NCBI GenBank assembly: GCA_965221455.1
Contig: OZ244890.1
Location: 283,031-347,030, forward strand
Length of the DNA: 64,000 nt
From: Gammaproteobacteria bacterium
Lineage (GTDB): Bacteria; Pseudomonadota; Gammaproteobacteria; Eutrophobiales; Eutrophobiaceae
Reading direction: 5' to 3'
Positions 35,601-42,200 of the stretch are shown in pieces. The position numbers were made by a program, and so were the translations under genes. Numbering within the stretch: position 1 is the stretch's first letter; every line of letters starts with the position of its first letter. The notes beneath the pieces were generated by a model. That model had not been told where the DNA came from. It saw only the letters and a list, made by a program, of their open reading frames with translations, and searched no databases.

Positions 35601-38231
35601 ATTCAGCGCGGTCGGCGACACCCGCACACCCGCCACCGGGCCTACCGGGTCGGACGTCAGGCTATCGCCTCCCGCATTCGGATAACTCGCCATCACGCGC
35701 AACCAACTGCCTATCTGTGATTGGTCTGATGCAATGGTGTACGTGGCGGTATTGTTCGTCCCCGGTGCGGCGGTAAACGGTCCCGCCGAGGCGGTCGCTG
35801 TCTGCCATTGATATGTAATGGTGCCGACATCGGTATTGGGTGAGGCGTCCGCGTCGGTGACCGACCCCGCCGTCAGTGTGACGCCGACTCGGGCAGTGCC
35901 GGTGAGTGTGCCGATGGCACCGCGACGGTCAGCCCGCACGATATTGGAGAACAGGGTGTCGTTGAAATCCCCGCTCTGGGTGACCCGCACCCGCAGCCAG
36001 TTGCCCTGGTCCGCCGCTTGTACCGTGTAGGTCGCCGCCGTGCCGCCCGGGCTGATAGCTGTTGCACTGCTACAGTTTTGAGTGGTGCAGCGTTGCCATT
36101 GCCGGGCGCTGATATTGACGGTCAACCCGGGATGGCTCAGCGCACCGGCGGTCAGGATATCGCCGACATTGGCCGGGGTGTTGGGGGTACTGTCCTGGAT
36201 GGCGCCTAATGACACGAGCGTCGCATCATGAATATGGTTGTCGGTGGCACTCAGTGCACCGATGGCTTGTTTGGTGATAGCTGCGGCACCGGCCCCGATA
36301 TTGCACAGCGACGAGCTGGTTTGTACGGTTTGTTCGGTGTCGGTCGTGGTCCCTGAGCGCACTCCTAAATCACCGCTGGCGTTACATAAAGTGTCCAATA
36401 AGACCACGCCGTTGTTGGCGGACGGTCGGTAAAACAAGACGCCCGGCCCCGGGATAGCGGTCCATGAGGGGTTCGGACGGGACAGGCCGGACTTCAGGCT
36501 TATACTCTCGAAGAGTGTGCCGGTGCTCGGGGTCGCCTGCCCGGTTGTGATGTGATTATTGATACTTACAGTATCTGCTCTACCGGGGTATTGAACTACC
36601 GTGAGTTGCAACCGACCATCGTTCTCGCGGACGAGTATCGCGCCTGTGATGTCAGCCCCGTTTCTCTCCGTCGCATTGGTATACCCGGCCGGGCCGTTGA
36701 CGAGATAGTTCCTCCAAAAGATCAGATTCGGACGGGTCTCGGTGCCCCCGTGGTTGGTGGTGTCGGTGTCGTAGGCATTGGCACAATGGCTGCCCGCCCC
36801 GGCATTACAGGTGCGTGTCTGGTTCTTGTCGGTGATATTGCCCGCACTCCAGGCGCCCCAGCCGTCGTCGTGGTTTATACCAGAATCTGCCGCCGCTATA
36901 GACTGCTTGGTGAGGTCGTAGGGAGTGGATAGACACAGGTCTCGCAGACCTGGGTGTGTTGTTGTTGTTACTTGTGTCGTGGCGGACTCACGCAACATTA
37001 CGTTGACGGACGTACAAGAAATTTGCGTGATTACTTCACCGTTACTGGCTATAGACAGCCTGCCTGATCCTGGAATAGCGGCGAAGCCGCTGTTAAACGG
37101 ATTGTGCCAGTCGTTGTCGCCTGCATTCCAGGCGGCGAGGAAGTTGGCGAAGGCCGGGAACGCCCTGAGTAGGGTGGTTCGGAAAGGGACCGACAAGTTG
37201 AGGGGTCCTGACTGCCGGTCATACCACGCCTCCAGCGTGGTCGGGCTGATAATCGCCGACATGTCTAGCGGCCTCCACCCGCCGGTCGGATGCCCGGACT
37301 CCGGGTATAGGACCGGATTGGTGCCTTCCGGGCAGGGGGTGTTCGGGCCGGGAGTGCCGACGACGTTGACACTGCACCTCCGCCGGGTCGTCACGGTCTC
37401 ATTATTGATTGACCCGGTGTAGGTGTACGATGCCGTATCCGGTGCTTCTGCGTACATCGGGGTATTGAAATCACGATGTAGTAGTGATGTGCCGATACTG
37501 CCTGCGTTGTATGTATTGACCACCGCTTGCGGGGTATGGCAGCGGGCGTCTCTTTGCACTGTTGTTCTCTCCGGGCGGAGCAGGCTGCCAGTGCCGCCTC
37601 CCTCAATATAGGACTGCGGGTGGCTGTTGTTTCTGCGGCAGCGGACGGTGAATGCTTGCCCGTCTGCGTCATAGACGGTGACCGTGACGTTCAGTCTTGG
37701 GTTGCGCACTCGTCGGGCGATGTTAATAGGACCAATAGAGGTCGTACCATTCACCATAGTAGCATTGCAAAACTCGCTTACGATATCGTCAGTAATCTCG
37801 CCATCTGTGCTGCAATTGTCGTGGGTACCAGAAAAGCCCCAGTTGTCGCCCGCAGGGGTATGACCTAGATTCCCCGCAGTACCACTATGATCGTCGTGGA
37901 CAGCGCTGCTACGTATGAACCAGGGCACGACGACCACATTGTTGCCGACCTGGACGTTGTATCGCCCGTTCAGGAAGGCAAAATTGGAGATGCCGTCACC
38001 ATCTGCGGAGCGGCTTGTGAGACCGCCGCCCAGATTATACCTGTGGCCGCTACCGCCTGTATCCGGGATGATGTAATTGGCGTCGGGTACCCCCGCCACC
38101 CGAAAACTGTCCGCAAGCGGAGCCGTCGCCAGTGCCGCCGGGCTTACCCATGCCGTCATTAGGGCGACGGCGGCTATCATCCCGCGCCAAGACCCCGACC
38201 GTTCGGCGGTTGACCGCAGTTGCCTCGTCAT
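32667..38231 (-). CDS. Giant secreted multi-repeat protein A. Order: signal peptide, ~750-aa Cys-containing N-terminal region, 2 Ig-like modules, ~10 Calx-beta/cadherin-like repeats, tandem dockerin-type C-terminal pair
   Basis: The open frame runs 32667..38624 (1985 aa). A signal peptide MTRQLRSTAERSGSWRGMIAAVALMTAWVSPAALA begins at M132 (ATG 38229-38231). Upstream of that the frame reads HHAPRTT repeats encoded by a heptamer SSR, so it is likely untranslated. The repeats have the form VTVSPTTLxVxEG..TYTLxL...PTxxVTIxV...TFTTxNWNxAQTVTVxGVEDxDxxDE.VQLTH with acidic linkers such as VTDNDTPG and VTVDDDETAG. The C-terminus is LDVDGSGGDPNQSDGLLLGRYLFGIRD twice, a dockerin-like calcium-binding loop plus helix. 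GC3 is very high compared with flanking genes. Confidence 0.8.
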   Translation of the reverse strand: MTRQLRSTAERSGSWRGMIAAVALMTAWVSPAALATAPLADSFRVAGVPDANYIIPDTGGSGHRYNLGGGLTSRSADGDGISNFAFLNGRYNVQVGNNVVVVPWFIRSSAVHDDHSGTAGNLGHTPAGDNWGFSGTHDNCSTDGEITDDIVSEFCNATMVNGTTSIGPINIARRVRNPRLNVTVTVYDADGQAFTVRCRRNNSHPQSYIEGGGTGSLLRPERTTVQRDARCHTPQAVVNTYNAGSIGTSLLHRDFNTPMYAEAPDTASYTYTGSINNETVTTRRRCSVNVVGTPGPNTPCPEGTNPVLYPESGHPTGGWRPLDMSAIISPTTLEAWYDRQSGPLNLSVPFRTTLLRAFPAFANFLAAWNAGDNDWHNPFNSGFAAIPGSGRLSIASNGEVITQISCTSVNVMLRESATTQVTTTTHPGLRDLCLSTPYDLTKQSIAAADSGINHDDGWGAWSAGNITDKNQTRTCNAGAGSHCANAYDTDTTNHGGTETRPNLIFWRNYLVNGPAGYTNATERNGADITGAILVRENDGRLQLTVVQYPGRADTVSINNHITTGQATPSTGTLFESISLKSGLSRPNPSWTAIPGPGVLFYRPSANNGVVLLDTLCNASGDLGVRSGTTTDTEQTVQTSSSLCNIGAGAAAITKQAIGALSATDNHIHDATLVSLGAIQDSTPNTPANVGDILTAGALSHPGLTVNISARQWQRCTTQNCSSATAISPGGTAATYTVQAADQGNWLRVRVTQSGDFNDTLFSNIVRADRRGAIGTLTGTARVGVTLTAGSVTDADASPNTDVGTITYQWQTATASAGPFTAAPGTNNTATYTIASDQSQIGSWLRVMASYPNAGGDSLTSDPVGPVAGVRVSPTALNVTEGSSTGYGLVLGSRPTVAVTIAVSSDNAAVTVSPATLTFSTINWNAAQTVSVTGAADANATNERGVQLTHTVSGGDANYAALTPPPVTVNVADNDANVIVSTTTLAVNEGETNEYTLRLNTLPTHAVTISVSSDNPAVTATASLTFTRNNWNQAQTVTVMGAEDNNRTSESGVQLSHALSSSDTRYAGVNSPPVTVNVTDNDAPGVTMSTTTLAVFEGGTGEYTLRLNTLPTHAVTISVTSDNAAVTVTSPLTFTTVNWNAAQTVTVTAVEDANTTSESVQLSHALSSADTGYAGVTPLAVTVSVTDNGAAGIVVSPPALVLNEGETVGFTVRLATEPTGSVEIFSIGSSNRNAATVSPISLTFTTRQWNIPQTVTVTAVEDDDVDDETVVLNFPDVGSGDGAYDSVVFPGPAITITDNDMVGVTLSPTTLTVTEGLTATYTIRLGSRPSATVSILPQTFNADVATVSPATPSSLDFSTSNWNMPQRVTVMAIEDADTNHESVQLTHAVRSSDATYAALTPPAVTVNVTDNDTAGVTVSLNVLAVNEGETGEYGLSLSTLPTAPVTISVSNPDDTAVTLSATSLTFTTDNWNSVQTVTVSGVEDTDANDETVQLTHTATSTDPGYNGGTVTISAVAVTVDDDETAGVTVSPTTLAVDEAGSGTYTLALTKRPTVPVTIMVTNPDTTAVTLSATSLTFTTDNWNSAQTVTVSGVEDTDTDHETVQLTHTATSTDADYASGVTIDPVAVTLNDNDTPGVAVSSTTLTVHERGGTGMYTLRLNTPPTEAVTISVTQSNAAAVTVSPTSLMFGTTDWNTAKTITVTGVEDADTDDETVQLTHTVTSTDTNYRTVTAATVTVTVTEMAAVSLDVDGSGGDPNQSDGLLLGRYLFGIRDAAGLLDTIPGSPSFNAVTTNIAGAFASGRLDVDGSGGDPNQSDGLLLGRYLFGIRDTVGLLDTIPGNPSFNEVRTNIEALLR

Positions 38232-38541
38232 ACCCGTGAGCGTGTACGTTTTTGCCTCTTGATGCAGGCGGTGCTGTGGAGTATTGCGCGGGTCGCCGTC
38301 AACGCAGCGGGTGTTGCTTCTGTTGCGGTCCGCCAACGCTTCGCTCAAGCGGCGGTTCCAGCACGCTACCTTGCCGTGGATCTGTGGACGGCATCCATGC
38401 GTCAGAGGATGCAGAACCTTATGTCGGGCACTCCCTCCATCCACGGTCACGCATGCGGTGCGTTCGGTCATGGACCAGTTATGCCGGGGCCTGGTGGCGC
38501 AGCGGTCTGCGTGAGTATTGCGGTGGTGGCACCACTTCCAC

Positions 38542-38599
38542 GTGGTGCGTGGTGCGTGGTGCGTGGTGCGTGGTGCGTGGTGCGTGGTGCGTGGTGCGT
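38542..38599. repeat. Heptanucleotide simple sequence repeat (GTGGTGC)x8.3, perfect
   Basis: Read directly from the sequence: cgtGGTGCGTGGTGCGTGGTGCG...gtt. It lies ~310 nt upstream of the probable start of giant gene A, just downstream of a TTGACA-18nt-TAGACT promoter-like element. The unit length is not a multiple of 3. The equivalent site upstream of gene C (~51035-51050) has only an unexpanded gtggtggtg-like remnant. Confidence 0.9.
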
Positions 38600-38601
38600 T
38601 A

Positions 38602-38631
38602 AGTCTAAGTCGTTTTGTCAACATATGTCAA
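38602..38631 (-). promoter_or_regulatory. Putative sigma70-type promoter for giant gene A (-35 TTGACA, 18-nt spacer, -10 TAGACT)
   Basis: The minus-strand sequence is cTTGACAtatgttgacaaaacgacTTAGACTtaa, followed immediately by the heptamer SSR. The homologous stretch upstream of gene C has a degenerate -35 (ACGACA/CTGACA). This is pattern-based only. Confidence 0.3.
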
Positions 38632-39205
38632 GTTCTCTCTAGTCAGTCATCCAGATTGCTATGCTGTCAATTGTACCATTATCCGCGCAGTATTAAATAC
38701 ATCATATCGTGCACCACACCACATATGGCACTGTTTGTTGTGATTGATCATGTACTGTACAGGTCGTGAACAATCCCGGCTCTTTGTGAGAGGCGTATGC
38801 TGTTGTATTTGATTCGCCCATCCGCCGGTTTTTGGTTCAACCGATTGAGCGCTGCAAACCGTCAGTCTTCGTGAATGTCGAGAACGCCTCTGCTTCGGTA
38901 CTGTTGACCGGTAGGCCCACCCAACCTTGCGCACGGTGCGCTTTCCGGCGACTGTTACCGCTGTGGCTCAGGGGCGGCGGGCAAACCCTGTGTCTCCCGG
39001 AGTTGCAGCACACGCAGACGCTGTGCCGCCATTGCATTGTGCATCCCCGCTTGTATCGCTTGACACCCGAGACGATAAACACTCTCAAGCCGATAAACCG
39101 GGTGCCGAGATTACACCCGTCTTTATCCTGCAATGTTGTTGCCGAACTGATACCGCCAGGCCTCTGCAAAGCCTGTGCAATGAACGGTCTGTCTATTGAC
39201 CCACA

Positions 39206-42200
39206 CTATCGCAAGAGTGCCTCGATATTCGTCCTTACCTCGTTGAACGATGGATTGCCCGGAATGGTATCAAGCAGGCCTACCGTATCGCGAATACCAA
39301 ACAGGTAGCGGCCCAGCATGAGACCGTCACTCTGGTTAGGATCACCGCCGCTGCCATCCACGTCAAGACGACCGCTGGCGAAAGCTCCCGCAATATTCGT
39401 CGTGACCGCATTGAACGAGGGACTCCCGGGAATCGTATCAAGCAAGCCCGCCTCATCACGAATACCAAACAGGTAGCGGCCCAGCATGAGACCGTCACTC
39501 TGGTTAGGATTACCGCCGCTGCCATCCACATCAAGACTCACCGCCGCTGTCTCCGTGACCGTCACAACCAGGGCGGCCGTCACGGCACGATAGGCGGTGT
39601 CCATACTCGTCACGGCATGACTCAGTTGTACGCGCTCGTCGTCCGTATCAGCGTCCCGGACACCCATCACCGTCACCGTTTGGGCACTGTTCCAGTTGTC
39701 CTCGGTAAAGGTCAGCGTCGCCGTCACCGTCACCGCATCTGTATCAGGACTGCTCACCGCAACCGTCACCGCCGCACTCGGCCGACTGGTCAACACCAGC
39801 ATATAGGTGCCGGATCCGCCTTCTCCCACCGTCACCCGGCCCGGCGTCAGCGTCAACCCCGCCGTATCATCATCATTCACCGTCACAGACACCGCCGCCG
39901 CCGTCACGGCAGCATAAGCAGTGCCGGTACTCGTCACAACATGACTCAGCTGCACACCGCTGGCGTCATTCGCATCAGCATCCTCAACACCCATCACCGT
40001 CACCGTCTGCGCTGTGTTCCAGTTGTCCTCGGTAAAGGTCAGCGTCGCCGTCACCGTCACCGCCGCCGTATTAGCACTGCTCACCGCAATCATCACCGCC
40101 GCATCCGGCTGGCTGGTCAACGCCAGCATATAATTGCCGCTACCGCCTTCCAAAATCGTCAGCGCGGTCTGACTCACCGCCACGCCCGCTGTATCATCAT
40201 CTCTCACCGTCACATCAACAGCGGCTATCGTCACCGCACCAGCATTGTAGGCGCTATCCGCACTTGCCGACGTATGGCTCAGCCTGACACTTGCATTGTT
40301 CGTATCACCATCCTCAACACCCGTCAGCGTCACTGTCTGGCCCCGGTTCCAGTTGTCCGTGGTAAAGGTCAGGGTCGCCGGACTCGCGGTCGCCCCGGCG
40401 GTATTGCCATTGCTCACCGTCACCCTCACCTCGTCCGTCGGTCGGGTATTTAATACCACCATATAGCTGCCGGTACCGCCTTCATCAATCGTCGGGTTCG
40501 TCGGAGCCACGGTCACGCCCGCCACGTCGTTATCCGCCACGGTCACCGGGAGCGTCGTCGTCACCGCACTGCCGTTGTAGGTACTATCCATGCTGGTCGC
40601 CATATGCGTCAAAAGCACCGTCTCATTGATCCCGTTCGCATCCTCAACCGCCACCACCCTCACCGTCCGGGCCTGGCTCCAGTTGCTTGTCGTGAACATC
40701 AGCGGGGTGCTGCTCACGGTCGCCGCAGCGGTATTGTCACTCGTTACCATAATCGTCACATCGTTGCGCGGCCGGGTCGCCAGCGCCAGCGTATAGCTGC
40801 CCGTGTCGCCTTCACCCACCGTCAACCTGCCCGGCACCACGGTCATACCCGCGATATCATCATCCGTCACTGTCACATCGACAGTGCCTATCGTCAACGC
40901 ATTAGCATTATAGGCAGGATCCGCACTCACTGCCCTGTGACTCACTATGATGCTTGCATCGTTTGCATCAGGGTCCTGGACACCACGCACTGTCACTGTC
41001 CTGGCCGTGCGCCAGTCGCTGGTGGTAAAGGTCAGACTCGTCGGACTCGTGTTTACCACACCACTATTGGGGATCAACAAGTCCACCGTCACAACGGCGA
41101 CCGGTCGACTGGTTAGCGCCAGCATGTAGGTGCCACTACCGCCTTCAGGGACCCTCAGCGTAGACGGCATTACCGTCACACCCGCCGTCTGGATATCTTC
41201 CACAGTCACGGTGACAGCGTTTATCGTCACCGCAGGAGTACCTGCATAGGCAGGACCGCCGCCGTTAAACGTATGCGTCAGGGAGACGGTCTCGTCGTTC
41301 GCATCAGCATCCGCAACACCCATCACCGTCACCGTCTTGGCCGTGTTCCAGTCGTCCATGTCGAAGGTCAGCATCGCTGGACTCACCGACGCCGCTTCAG
41401 CGTCGTCAGTCATCACCGTAATCGTCATTGCCGCCGTCGGCCGGGTATCCAACACCAGCGTATAGGTGTTGTTGTTCGTGCCCTCATTGAACGTCAACGA
41501 GGTCTCACTCACCGTCACGCCCGCCGTCTCGTTATCATCCACAGTCACGCTGACATCGGCTATCGCCACAGCATTACCGTTATAGGTATTATCCGTGCTG
41601 CTCGCCGTATGCGTGAGTTGCACATCAACTTCGTTGTTCGCGTCAGCATCCTCCTCTCCCGTCACTGTAAACGTCTTACCCGTGTTCCAGTCGCTCGTGC
41701 TAAAGGTCAGTGTTGTCGGGCTGACCGACACCGCACCCATGTCACCACTCCCCACCGTAATCATCACGGCATGCGCCGGTTGGGTATTCAACATCAGCAT
41801 ATACTCGACGTTAGCACCTTCGGCGACCTCCAGCCTGGTGGGACTCACGCTCACACCCGGCGTATCGTTATCGCTCACGTTCACGCTGACCGCAGCCGGC
41901 ATCACCGCATTATAGGCGATGTCGCTACTGCTAACTGTATGAGTCAGGCTCGCACGCTCGTTGGTCGAGTTCGCATCTTCAGCACCCGACACGGTGACGA
42001 TTTGTGGTATATTCCAACGGTCTCTGGTAAACATCAGCGGCGTGGCACTGACTGTCGCAGCCTCGTTGTTGCTCGCTACGGTTATCATTACAGCAGTACT
42101 CGGCTGGCTGCCCAAAACCAGCATATAGGTACCGGTACCCCCTTCACTCACGGCCAAGGTGTCAGTACTTACGTTGACGCTTACCATTTCATCATCTGTC

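Noticed and set aside
38232-38624. N-terminal extensions of giant ORFs A (38232..38624, with HHAPRTT repeats) and C (50771..51139)
   Set aside because: The extension in A is generated by the heptamer SSR reading through in-frame. A and C differ by many non-synonymous changes and indels there. The conserved Sec signal peptides start downstream. These are treated as 5' leader sequence, not coding.
38832-39308. 158-aa Cys/Arg-rich + strand ORF in the spacer between giant genes A and B
   Set aside because: It overlaps the 3' end of gene B antisense and has no motif or RBS. The region is the duplicated 3' flank and promoter area.
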